Of a DNA stretch of 41,098 nucleotides, positions 31,868-40,425 are shown piece after piece. Each line of letters begins with the position of its first letter. Position 1 is the stretch's first letter. The position numbers and the translations under genes are program-made. Under the pieces are notes generated by a model, which did no database searches, was not told the origin of the DNA, and saw only the letters and a program-made list of their open reading frames with translations. Source of the stretch: Campylobacterales bacterium (GTDB lineage Bacteria > Campylobacterota > Campylobacteria > Campylobacterales > Sulfurimonadaceae); the NCBI GenBank assembly GCA_038205935.1, contig JBBRBK010000013.1:1-41098 (forward strand). The letters are read 5' to 3'.

Positions 31868-32059
31868 TTATTCAACAGGAACATTTCCTATCTTTTTCTC
31901 TACAGGAATTGAATCACTAACACTACCAAAATAAGTATAACTTAGAACATAAATTCCACCCATAATCAATCCAGCTAAGATTATAAACCAAACAACTTTT
32001 TTCTTCTTTCCTTTAAGCGTATCATAATCTGAGATATCTTCCAATGTTGGTTCTGACAT
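31868..32059 (-). CDS. small single-TM membrane protein
   Basis: 63 aa, EPTLEDISDY...KKK then a TM helix; AAGGA SD upstream. Confidence 0.7.
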   Translation of the reverse strand: MSEPTLEDISDYDTLKGKKKKVVWFIILAGLIMGGIYVLSYTYFGSVSDSIPVEKKIGNVPVE

Positions 32060-32235
32060 TTTAAATCCTTTTATTTTAAGTATTGTAATAATATCAAAAT
32101 AAAAAAATACATTGTTAAACGAAAGAAAGTAACCTGACGAATTAAGTTTATTTTTTTATCATTTTTATCGTCACTTAACGCTTCTTTAACATTTAAATGA
32201 TAGAATATTTATTATCTTAACATGTAGGCAAAATT

Positions 32236-32643
32236 ATGAATAAATATTTATTGAGTTCTCTCTTTCTTTTCTCATCTGTCGCTTTTGGGGATCAGGGATA
32301 TGAGGTGTATAAAAACAACTGCATGCAGTGCCACGCGGAGCTTCTAACAAAAAAAGAGGCTATGGCAAATCTAAATAATCTAAAAGCTCCTTCAATGAAT
32401 GAGGTTTCTAATCGTTTAAAAGACAATATAATAATTGCTGACAAAAATGAGGATGTAAAAAAACGTGTTGTAATCGCTTTTATAAAAGATTATATTCGAG
32501 ATCCTATGATCGGAGATGCAATGTGTCGTCCTGGAGCTGTTGAAAAATTTGGAGTCATGCCGGCTGTCACACACCTAAAAGAGGATGAACTCCAAGCGGT
32601 TGCTGAATGGATATATGAACGCTATGAAGATGTAAAATTCTAA
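32236..32643 (+). CDS. exported monoheme c-type cytochrome
   Basis: Signal peptide, CMQCH, AP.M, FGVMP axial-Met region; TGATAGAAT at 32198-32206 upstream. Confidence 0.88.
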   Translation: MNKYLLSSLFLFSSVAFGDQGYEVYKNNCMQCHAELLTKKEAMANLNNLKAPSMNEVSNRLKDNIIIADKNEDVKKRVVIAFIKDYIRDPMIGDAMCRPGAVEKFGVMPAVTHLKEDELQAVAEWIYERYEDVKF

Positions 32644-32646
32644 GTG

Positions 32647-32958
32647 ATGGATCAGAACTTTTTAGAACTTTTCGAATCTACTCCAAAAATTGAGAGTAAA
32701 AAATGTAAATTCATCGCTTTATTACTCTCTCTTTCTCTTACTTATTCGCCTTTACTCATCGGCGTCGTCATTTGGTATTTTTACGATTATTTTTTTGCTG
32801 GAGCATCTTTGCTTATCACCTATTTAGTTGTTGGTATCATCCGTTCACAACTCAGAAATGATGTCATTCCCATAAATCAAAGAGAATTTCATTATACTGA
32901 TAAAGCGATAGCTACATGGATTGTTGCCAAACAGTTATGCCACGAACCGAAAGATTAG
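32647..32958 (+). CDS. hypothetical two-TM membrane protein
   Basis: Hydrophobic hairpin followed by IP..QREF.Y; 3 nt after the cytochrome stop. Confidence 0.7.
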   Translation: MDQNFLELFESTPKIESKKCKFIALLLSLSLTYSPLLIGVVIWYFYDYFFAGASLLITYLVVGIIRSQLRNDVIPINQREFHYTDKAIATWIVAKQLCHEPKD

Positions 32959-33039
32959 GTTAAAACAAGATTTTAAACAAATATTCACAAGACTTTAAGC
33001 CATAACATTACATAATACCGGCAAATTTAGGAGAAATGT

Positions 33040-33528
33040 ATGGCTAATAGTGAAGTAACTTTTTCAGATAAAAAATTTATAGTTTCTAAAACAGATTTAA
33101 AAGGGAAGATTACTTATGGAAACGCTCTGTTTTTATCTATCTCTGGCTACCAAGAGAGTGAGCTCATAGGAGCACCTCATAATATTTTACGCCACCCAGA
33201 TATGCCTAAACTTATTTTTAAACTTTTATGGGACTATATTCAAAATGGCAAAGAGATTTTTGCCTATGTCAAAAATAAAACAAAACAAGGTGATTATTAC
33301 TGGGTATATGCGCACGTGACAGCTTCATTGGATAATAATGGGAAAATCATCGGTTATCACTCGGTAAGACGAAGACCAAAACCAGAAGCTCTAAAAACCA
33401 TTATCCCCCTTTACAGCGCACTTCTTGCGGCTGAAAGAAGTGGCGGAATGGCAGCCTCACAAAAACTTCTCGATACACAACTTGCACAATTAGGAAAAAC
33501 ATATGATGAATTTATCTTCACTCTCTAA
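33040..33528 (+). CDS. stand-alone Aer-type PAS domain protein (CetB-like)
   Basis: [19 protein letters not shown]...[14 protein letters not shown]...W...KN.....YYWV...S.R, the FAD-PAS signature. Confidence 0.9.
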   Translation: MANSEVTFSDKKFIVSKTDLKGKITYGNALFLSISGYQESELIGAPHNILRHPDMPKLIFKLLWDYIQNGKEIFAYVKNKTKQGDYYWVYAHVTASLDNNGKIIGYHSVRRRPKPEALKTIIPLYSALLAAERSGGMAASQKLLDTQLAQLGKTYDEFIFTL

Positions 33529-34942
33529 AGCGCAGTACGCAAATATAGCCTCTTTGGGCGTTTTTGTAGTCACATTTATTTTAGAAGTTATTTTTTACGG
33601 ATTTCATTTTCTGCAAATTCTTGGACTCTTAAATTTTGCATTGGCTTGGATCGTATTTGTAAATGTTCGCTTTGCTAAGGAGTCTATCGCTCATGTAGCG
33701 TCAGTTATTAAAAGAGCAGAACATGGAGATCTCGAAGCACGTATTATTCATATTCGTGATCGTGCAGAGATGAATGATTTCGCTTGGAATGTGAATGATC
33801 TTCTCGATCAAACAGAGATATTTATGCGTGAAATCCAAGCTGGAATCGAACATGCAAGTAACGATTTATATTATCGCCGTATTCAAAGTGAAGGACTCTC
33901 CGGTATTTTCAAATATAACTGTTCCTTAGTTAACAAAGGAATTGATGCTATGGAAGCGAGTTATCATCATATGCAACGTGTGGATGTGAACTCAGAAATA
34001 ACAAAAGTTGGTAATGGTGTGGCAGGTGGATTAACTATCATACAAAGTGATTTAGGAGAAAGTATTAATGCTCTGTCTAATATCGCTCAGATAAGTCATA
34101 AAACAGCCGACAATTCAAGCCAAACGGTATCGGAACTTGAAATCATTATAGCTAAGCTTGGTTCTCTTTTGGAATTGGTTCAGGTTTCGACAAGCTCTAT
34201 TAATGCGCTCAATGAAAAAACAAATGAGATTAATTCTGTTCTTAATTTAATTAAAGATATCGCTGATCAAACGAACCTTCTTGCACTTAATGCTGCTATA
34301 GAAGCCGCACGTGCAGGAGAACATGGACGAGGCTTTGCCGTTGTTGCAGACGAAGTAAGGAAACTTGCAGAACGTACTCAAAAAGCAACAGGAGAGATCG
34401 GAATTGCGATTCAATCGCTACAACAAGATGCAGGTGAAATCCAAACGAATGCAGAAACTATGAGCGATATTGCTAATGAATCCAGCGGTGCAATCGAAAA
34501 CTTCCGAGATGTGCTTTATGAATTTAATACAGATGCCATTGAAACTTCACAGGCAGCCAGTATCGTTGAAGGTTCCACTTTTATTACTTTGGCTAAAATC
34601 GATCATATCATTTTTAAAACCAATGCCTTTAGTGCAGTATTTAATGGAAAAACAACGCATACATTTGCAGATTACCATAACTGTAGACTTGGTAAATGGT
34701 ATGAAAGTGGTGCAGGAAAAGCACACTTTGCTCATTTACCGAGTTATACAAAGTTAAATACACCTCACATGGCTGTTCATAATAGTGTTTTTGCAAATCT
34801 TGAATTCATCAAAGATGGAGATCATGTGTCACAGAATAGAGAGGCAGTGATGCACAATTTTAAAACAATGGAAGAAGCGAGTGAAGAACTCTTTGGGTAT
34901 ATGGATAAATTACTAGCAGAATCAAAAATATCTGTACAATAA
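33503..34942 (+). CDS. methyl-accepting chemotaxis protein with short TM hairpin, HAMP and C-terminal CZB domain (CetA-like)
   Basis: Two adjacent N-terminal TMs; [42 protein letters not shown]...CRLGKWY...H..VH CZB motif. Confidence 0.92.
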   Translation: MMNLSSLSKAQYANIASLGVFVVTFILEVIFYGFHFLQILGLLNFALAWIVFVNVRFAKESIAHVASVIKRAEHGDLEARIIHIRDRAEMNDFAWNVNDLLDQTEIFMREIQAGIEHASNDLYYRRIQSEGLSGIFKYNCSLVNKGIDAMEASYHHMQRVDVNSEITKVGNGVAGGLTIIQSDLGESINALSNIAQISHKTADNSSQTVSELEIIIAKLGSLLELVQVSTSSINALNEKTNEINSVLNLIKDIADQTNLLALNAAIEAARAGEHGRGFAVVADEVRKLAERTQKATGEIGIAIQSLQQDAGEIQTNAETMSDIANESSGAIENFRDVLYEFNTDAIETSQAASIVEGSTFITLAKIDHIIFKTNAFSAVFNGKTTHTFADYHNCRLGKWYESGAGKAHFAHLPSYTKLNTPHMAVHNSVFANLEFIKDGDHVSQNREAVMHNFKTMEEASEELFGYMDKLLAESKISVQ

Positions 34943-34953
34943 TAAAAGTAAAA

Positions 34954-34979
34954 GCGGATCAAATTTTTTTTGAATCCGC
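34954..34979. terminator. hairpin after the MCP gene
   Basis: GCGGAT...ATCCGC stem, extended by CAAA/TTTG, 11 nt after the stop; no clear U-tract on +. Confidence 0.5.
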
Positions 34980-35140
34980 AGACAAAAGACACTTCTATAC
35001 AATAAGCTTCTATTAACGCTCTAATCGTTATAATCCCGCCTATATAAAGATCAGTTTTCTTAAAAAAATCAGTTTACATGTAAACAAAAAAAACAAATAT
35101 AAAAGCTTAATAAAGCCCGCAAAATAGGGAATAAAACACA

Positions 35141-37078
35141 ATGGCAATAGTAGACCTTTTAAACGTATCAAAACATTATGAAGCGCAAAAGATTTTAGAA
35201 AATATCAACTTTCATGTCGATGAGGGCGATCGTATCGTTATCATCGGAAAAAATGGTAGTGGTAAATCAACTCTTATGAAAATAGTAGACGGTTCTCTTG
35301 AAGCCGATAGTGGAGAGCGTATCACAAGACAAAATCTTGAAGTGAAGATGCTCTCTCAGCGCCCTGAGTTTAAAGAAGGACAAAGTGTCAAAGATGCCGT
35401 AAAAGATGGTCTCAAAGAACTCATAGATGCCAAAATAAGATATGATGAACTCTCGCTCTTACTAGCGGATGACTTTGAGAATAAAGCTCTTCTTGATGAA
35501 TCAGCAAAACTTGGCCACTATCTTGACCATCATAATGCATGGAGTTTAGATGACAAGATTGAGCGCATCATAGATCACTTTCAGCTTAGAGAATTTGAAG
35601 AAAAACCTGTTTTAATGCTAAGCGGTGGGGAACAGCGACGCGTCGCCCTTGCCTCTTTACTTTTACAAAAACCTGACGTTTTACTTCTTGATGAACCTAC
35701 CAATCACCTTGATGTTTATATGGTTGAATTTTTGGAAGAGCTCATACTAAAAGAAAAATTCACTCTTGTTTTTATCTCGCATGACAGATATTTTATAGAC
35801 CGTATTGCCACAAAAAGTATTGAGGTTGAAGATTGCAAACTTCGTGAATTTAAGGGCGGATATAGCGATTATCTCACTCAAAAAGAGGAGATTCTCCGCA
35901 CCATGCAGCAACAGCATGACAATCTTTTACGTCTTGTTAAATCTGAAAATGAATGGTATTCAAGAGGTGTTCGTGCAAGGCTAAAGCGTAACGAGGGACG
36001 CAAAGCTCGCCTTATGGATCTTCGTGATGATGCAAAAATAAATCCGGCGAAAATACGTAAAATGAGCGTAGAGCTCGAACGCGAAGCCAAACACTTCAAT
36101 CGCGATAAAAGTGTCAACAGACAAAAAATGCTTTTTGAAGTTGAAAATCTTGGCATCACTTTGGGTGAAAAAAAGCTGATAGAAAACTTCAGTGCTAGAA
36201 TCCTACAAAAAGATGTCATTGCCATTGTAGGACCAAACGGAAGTGGTAAATCTACTCTTTTAAAAGCACTTCTTGGACGTTTAAAACCAACAAGCGGCGT
36301 CATTAAGCAAGGTGAATTTACCATCGGCTATTTTGATCAGCACAGAGAGATGCTTGATGATTCCAAAGACCTTATCGAAACTTTTTGTCCAAACGGCGGA
36401 GACAGAGTCGATGTGCAAGGGCATAACATGCATGTCTACGGGTATCTCAAAAACTTTCTTTTTCCACGAGAATTTTTAGATAAAAAAGTAGGCATACTCA
36501 GTGGAGGCGAAAAAAACCGTGTAGCACTTGCCCTGCTCTTTACTAAAAAAGTAGATATTCTTATACTCGATGAGCCAACCAATGATCTTGATATCCCAAC
36601 TATCAATATCTTAGAAGAGAAACTTACAAACTTCCCGGGTGCTGTTATCATCGTAAGTCACGATAGATATTTTGTCGATAAGATCGCAAAAAAACTCTTT
36701 ATTTTTAAAGGCGATGGACAAATAGAAGAGAGTCATCAGCAATATTCTGAGTACTTAGAACTAGAACATGAACTCGCAGAACTCGCTGAGATGGAAAAAG
36801 AAAGCGCAAAAGAAAAACCAGTTGAGAGAGTCAAACAAAAAGAGCTCAAACTTACATTTAAAGAGAAGATTGCTCTTGAAAAACTCCCAGACGAGATCGA
36901 CGCACTCGAAAAACTGATAGATGAAAAAAATGTCTGTCTTTCAAACCCTGCATGTTATGAAAAAATCGGCATTACAGTTTTAGCTGAGGAGCTTCAAAAA
37001 TTAAAAGAGAGTTACGAGCAAAAAATAGACGAACTTCTTACCATCGAAGAAAAAGCTGAAGAGATCGCATCTCTTTAA
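35141..37078 (+). CDS. ABC-F family ATPase (Uup-like)
   Basis: Two ABC domains (GKNGSGKS, LSGGE, LDEPTN; GPNGSGKS, LSGGEK, LDEPTN), SHDRYF twice, no TM, C-terminal coiled coil; TATAAT at 35029-35034. Confidence 0.92.
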   Translation: MAIVDLLNVSKHYEAQKILENINFHVDEGDRIVIIGKNGSGKSTLMKIVDGSLEADSGERITRQNLEVKMLSQRPEFKEGQSVKDAVKDGLKELIDAKIRYDELSLLLADDFENKALLDESAKLGHYLDHHNAWSLDDKIERIIDHFQLREFEEKPVLMLSGGEQRRVALASLLLQKPDVLLLDEPTNHLDVYMVEFLEELILKEKFTLVFISHDRYFIDRIATKSIEVEDCKLREFKGGYSDYLTQKEEILRTMQQQHDNLLRLVKSENEWYSRGVRARLKRNEGRKARLMDLRDDAKINPAKIRKMSVELEREAKHFNRDKSVNRQKMLFEVENLGITLGEKKLIENFSARILQKDVIAIVGPNGSGKSTLLKALLGRLKPTSGVIKQGEFTIGYFDQHREMLDDSKDLIETFCPNGGDRVDVQGHNMHVYGYLKNFLFPREFLDKKVGILSGGEKNRVALALLFTKKVDILILDEPTNDLDIPTINILEEKLTNFPGAVIIVSHDRYFVDKIAKKLFIFKGDGQIEESHQQYSEYLELEHELAELAEMEKESAKEKPVERVKQKELKLTFKEKIALEKLPDEIDALEKLIDEKNVCLSNPACYEKIGITVLAEELQKLKESYEQKIDELLTIEEKAEEIASL

Positions 37079-37101
37079 TATACTAAATTTTTATCACTCG
37101 G

Positions 37102-37129
37102 CCTAAATCTTTATAATCAAAGATTTAGG
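37102..37129. terminator. probable bidirectional terminator between the ABC-F gene and metE
   Basis: CCTAAATCTTT-ATAATC-AAAGATTTAGG, 11-bp perfect stem, with CTTACATGTAAG (37131-37142) 1 nt further on. Confidence 0.7.
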
Positions 37130-37147
37130 TCTTACATGTAAGCTGTT

Positions 37148-39424
37148 TTACTTTAATTTTTCTCTCACTATCTTCACAGCCTCCACCATATTTCTAAGAC
37201 TCGGTTTCACCTCTTCCCATTTTCGAGTTTTTAAACCACAATCTGGATTGATCCAAAGCTGCTCTTTTGGCAGTACTTCTAAAAGTTTTTCTATCTGTTT
37301 TACGATCTCTTCGACACTTGGAATTCTTGGAGAGTGGATATCATAAACACCCGGCCCTACTTCTTGTTTGTATCCAACCTCTTTAAAAATCTTAAGCAGT
37401 TCATTGCCGCTTCTTGCAGTCTCTATGGAGATAACATCCGCGTCCATAGCTTCTATAGTTTTAATGATATCGTTAAATTCGCTGTAACACATATGCGTAT
37501 GTATCTGCGTCTCTTTTTTTGCACTGCTGACTGAGAGTCTAAAATTATCGACTGCCCATTTTTCATATGCTTTTATTTTTTCAACTCTTAGAGGATAGCC
37601 CTCTTTAAACGCGGCTTCATCAACTTGGATGATTTTTATGCCCGCATTTTGCAAGTCATCTACTTCATCATTGATTACCAAAGCTATTTGCTGTGCCACG
37701 CTGCTTCTTAGTTTATCATCTCTAACAAATGACCAGTTAAGAATTGTCACAGGACCTGTGAGCATCGCCTTCATGATGAATTTTGTTTTACTTTGCGCAT
37801 ATGTAATCCACTCAACTGTCATAGGTTTTGGACGGCTGATATCTCCGTAGATAAAAGGGGGTTTCACACATCTGCTTCCATAGCTTTGAACCCAGCCGTT
37901 TTGGCTAAAAGCGTAACCATCGAGCTGTTCTCCGAAATACTCAACCATATCGTTTCTCTCAGGCTCGCCGTGAACAAGAATCTCTAAACCTATCTCCTCT
38001 TGAAATGCGACACATTCATCAATATAGTTTTTCATCTTCTGCTCATAAACATCTTTTGAGATAAGCGATTTTTTATAAGCTGCTCTTGCCTCTCGAACTT
38101 TCAGCGTCTGAGGAAAAGAGCCGATAGTTGTTGTTGCCAGATCTTGATATTGTAAAATATCTTTTTGGAGTTTGATTCTCTCTTCATACTCTCCATCACG
38201 CTGTAGTTTTGAGATATTTTGAACTCTTTGTAAAACACTTTGATTATGAATCTTCTTGGAGCTTTGTCTTGCTTCGTTTGATTTGATATTTTCATAATAG
38301 AGAATTGTCTCATTTGCATCTAAAGCATTTAAGCCTTGAAAGTAGAACTTTGAAAGAAGGGAAAGTTCATCTAATTTTTCAACTCCATAACTCAGCCAGC
38401 TTTTTATCTCTTTATCCATCTTCTCTTCATATTTTAAAGTAAAGGGTACATGTAAGAGCGAGCAGGATGTGGAGATAATAAGTCTATCATTTGGAATAAT
38501 TCTGCCTATTTTATCCAAGAGTTCCAAGGTGTTGGTGTAATTGTTTTTCCAGATATTTCTGCCATCTACGACACCGGCTATAACTGTTTTATTGTTATGG
38601 CTTATCAGCTCTAAAGAGTTTAGATTTTCCTCACCATGTATAAAGTCAAGTCCTAATCCCCAGATAGGCGTATGTACCAATATTTTAGTGGCTTCGCATG
38701 AATGCTCAAAGTAGGTCATAACGATAAGTTTTATGTTTGTTGAGATTGATGAGAGTCTGTCATATGTCGGTTTTATAAGAGAGAGTATCTTCACATCCAG
38801 ATCTTTTACAAAGATTGGCTCGTCTATTTGGATCATCACTTCATCATCAAGTTTTTCGATCTCTTGGAGCAATTGCACATAGATATCGACGATCTTATTT
38901 GTAAACTCATAGCTGTCGCCGCCATCGACTCTTTTACTCAGCCCCAAATATGTCAGTGGGCCTATAAGATTGATCTTTGTCTTAATGCCTAAAGTTTTTG
39001 CCTCTTTGTATTCATTGATGATTTTGGTCGCATTTAGAATATACTTATCGTTACATGTAAGCTCAGGAACGATGTAATGGTAATTTGTGTTAAACCATTT
39101 GGTCATCTCCATAGCCACACAAGACTCATTTCCTCTTGCCATTGTAAAATAGAGCTCTTCATCTGCTAAATGTTGAAATCTTTGTGGAATCGCTCCTAGC
39201 ATAATCGAAGTATCTAACATAGTGTCATATAAACTAAAATCGTTTGAACTAATATACTCGATACCTGCATCTTTTTGGTAGTTCCAATGTCTTTTCTTCA
39301 ACTCTAAAGCTACTTTTTCTACTTCGCTAAATGGAACTTTTTTTGCCCAAAACTCTTCCAATACTTTTTTGAGTTCTCTTTGTTCGCCTATTCTTGCAAA
39401 CCCTGTTACGTAATTTTTTGACAT
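37148..39424 (-). CDS. metE: cobalamin-independent methionine synthase
   Basis: MTKWFNTNYHY, TTTIGSFPQT, HGEPERNDMV, HTHMCY and WINPDCGLKTR motifs. Confidence 0.98.
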   Translation of the reverse strand: MSKNYVTGFARIGEQRELKKVLEEFWAKKVPFSEVEKVALELKKRHWNYQKDAGIEYISSNDFSLYDTMLDTSIMLGAIPQRFQHLADEELYFTMARGNESCVAMEMTKWFNTNYHYIVPELTCNDKYILNATKIINEYKEAKTLGIKTKINLIGPLTYLGLSKRVDGGDSYEFTNKIVDIYVQLLQEIEKLDDEVMIQIDEPIFVKDLDVKILSLIKPTYDRLSSISTNIKLIVMTYFEHSCEATKILVHTPIWGLGLDFIHGEENLNSLELISHNNKTVIAGVVDGRNIWKNNYTNTLELLDKIGRIIPNDRLIISTSCSLLHVPFTLKYEEKMDKEIKSWLSYGVEKLDELSLLSKFYFQGLNALDANETILYYENIKSNEARQSSKKIHNQSVLQRVQNISKLQRDGEYEERIKLQKDILQYQDLATTTIGSFPQTLKVREARAAYKKSLISKDVYEQKMKNYIDECVAFQEEIGLEILVHGEPERNDMVEYFGEQLDGYAFSQNGWVQSYGSRCVKPPFIYGDISRPKPMTVEWITYAQSKTKFIMKAMLTGPVTILNWSFVRDDKLRSSVAQQIALVINDEVDDLQNAGIKIIQVDEAAFKEGYPLRVEKIKAYEKWAVDNFRLSVSSAKKETQIHTHMCYSEFNDIIKTIEAMDADVISIETARSGNELLKIFKEVGYKQEVGPGVYDIHSPRIPSVEEIVKQIEKLLEVLPKEQLWINPDCGLKTRKWEEVKPSLRNMVEAVKIVREKLK

Positions 39425-39471
39425 AAGATATCCTTGTCTGTTATTTTAATTTTTTTTTTACGAATAAGAAA

Positions 39472-39810
39472 TTAAAAAAGGATCGGAGGATGCACGCCGC
39501 TACGACGAAATGCAAAATATTTACAGTAAAAAGGGCATCGTGGGATAAAAATATTGATTAAAAGAGAGAGTCTTGTTCTCAGAGAAAATAAAGAGTTACA
39601 GGAACAAGGCTTTGTGTTTAAAATAAGGGGCAGTTCAAGTAGATTTGGCGGGTCATCCACATCACCGAGCTCTTCATCTTTTAAAGAGAGCTGAGAGTTG
39701 ATAAGTGTATATGCTGCGTTTACCTGACTCGTAAGGCGCTGTGCAACGCTGTATGCAAGGATGGCTGAAAGAGTAAAATAGTTTTTGCCAAATCCTGCAG
39801 GTTTTTTCAA
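39472..39810 (-). CDS. putative upstream (leader) ORF of metE, Cys-containing, ending ...RRSGVHPPILF
   Basis: Open 112 codons filling the gap; TTG start after AAGG; extended -10 just upstream; no family recognised with certainty. Confidence 0.55.
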   Translation of the reverse strand: MKKPAGFGKNYFTLSAILAYSVAQRLTSQVNAAYTLINSQLSLKDEELGDVDDPPNLLELPLILNTKPCSCNSLFSLRTRLSLLINIFIPRCPFYCKYFAFRRSGVHPPILF

Positions 39811-39834
39811 GCGTATTTGCCTTTTTTTATCAAA

Positions 39835-39843
39835 ATTATACCA
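39835..39843 (-). promoter_or_regulatory. extended -10 sigma70 promoter (TGGTATAAT) for uORF-metE
   Basis: Perfect TGnTATAAT on the minus strand about 24 nt upstream of the uORF start. Confidence 0.65.
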
Positions 39844-39923
39844 CTATTACCAATTTATTTAGTAACATTTTCAGGGCTGATTCGTTCTAGCGTCGAAGAA
39901 AAAGAAGAAGAGATTCAAAACGC

Positions 39924-40121
39924 TTAATTTCTTTTGGCAAGTTCACTAAAATCAATCTCTTCACTCTTTTGTTCGCTTTGTTTTTTATCCTCTTCATAAC
40001 TGCCTGTACTAAAGACGGCAGTTGCTCCCTTATTTAAAATGCACCCCTTGATTCCAGGTACACAAGGAACTTTTAATAGTTTACAATATCCTTGAAAATC
40101 ATATTGACATGTCCAACCCAT
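39924..40121 (-). CDS. small Cys-rich hypothetical protein
   Basis: W.C-x7-C-x6-CVPGIKGC; starts 2 nt after the Dabb stop. Confidence 0.7.
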   Translation of the reverse strand: MGWTCQYDFQGYCKLLKVPCVPGIKGCILNKGATAVFSTGSYEEDKKQSEQKSEEIDFSELAKRN

Positions 40122-40123
40122 GA

Positions 40124-40414
40124 TTATTTCTCGTAATCAACTACACGTGTTTTTTCAACAACTTCCCTGATCACTGCCAAAACTTCCAAATGAGCCGGAT
40201 GTGTTGCATACACTTGAAGATCCTCTTGCGTCTTAAATGTAGAGTACAAACTCATGTCACACGCTCTCTCACTTCGACAAAAATCAACGCCAACTTCCAT
40301 CTCTAAAAGCTCCTCGATTTTAGAAGGCAAAGCTTCCAACATCTCTTTGACTTTCAAAATATTCTCGTATTTATCTTCCTCTTTGAAATCAAACACTACT
40401 ATATGAACTATCAT
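40124..40414 (-). CDS. Dabb family (stress-responsive A/B barrel) protein
   Basis: MIVHIVVF.FK...Y..HPAH...DY signature; ATG 40414 after AAGGA. Confidence 0.88.
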   Translation of the reverse strand: MIVHIVVFDFKEEDKYENILKVKEMLEALPSKIEELLEMEVGVDFCRSERACDMSLYSTFKTQEDLQVYATHPAHLEVLAVIREVVEKTRVVDYEK

Positions 40415-40425
40415 TTTTATTCCTT

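Larger units (their letters stand above)
1517..39059. repeat. dispersed 8-bp palindrome TACATGTA, 19 exact copies counted
   Basis: Starts at 1517, 6654, 6677, 10898, 15956, 17708, 17774, 18205, 19445, 19695, 21570, 24135, 29379, 29652, 30442, 35075, 37133, 38447 and 39052. Confidence 0.9.

Noticed and set aside
33503..33528. PAS/MCP overlap as a frameshifted single aer gene (pseudogene)
   Set aside because: Both ORFs look complete, the MCP has its own ATG after an AGGA, and split PAS plus MCP pairs are established in this phylum.
39450..39459. T10 homopolymer before metE as a phase-variation tract
   Set aside because: A/T runs are common in this AT-rich DNA, and phase variation in this group mostly uses poly-G/C. 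It also fits the proposed leader hairpin.
39425..39900. SAM or cobalamin riboswitch upstream of metE
   Set aside because: I could not find SAM-I core or B12-box consensus elements by eye, and an open ORF explains the region better. An Rfam/Infernal scan would settle it.
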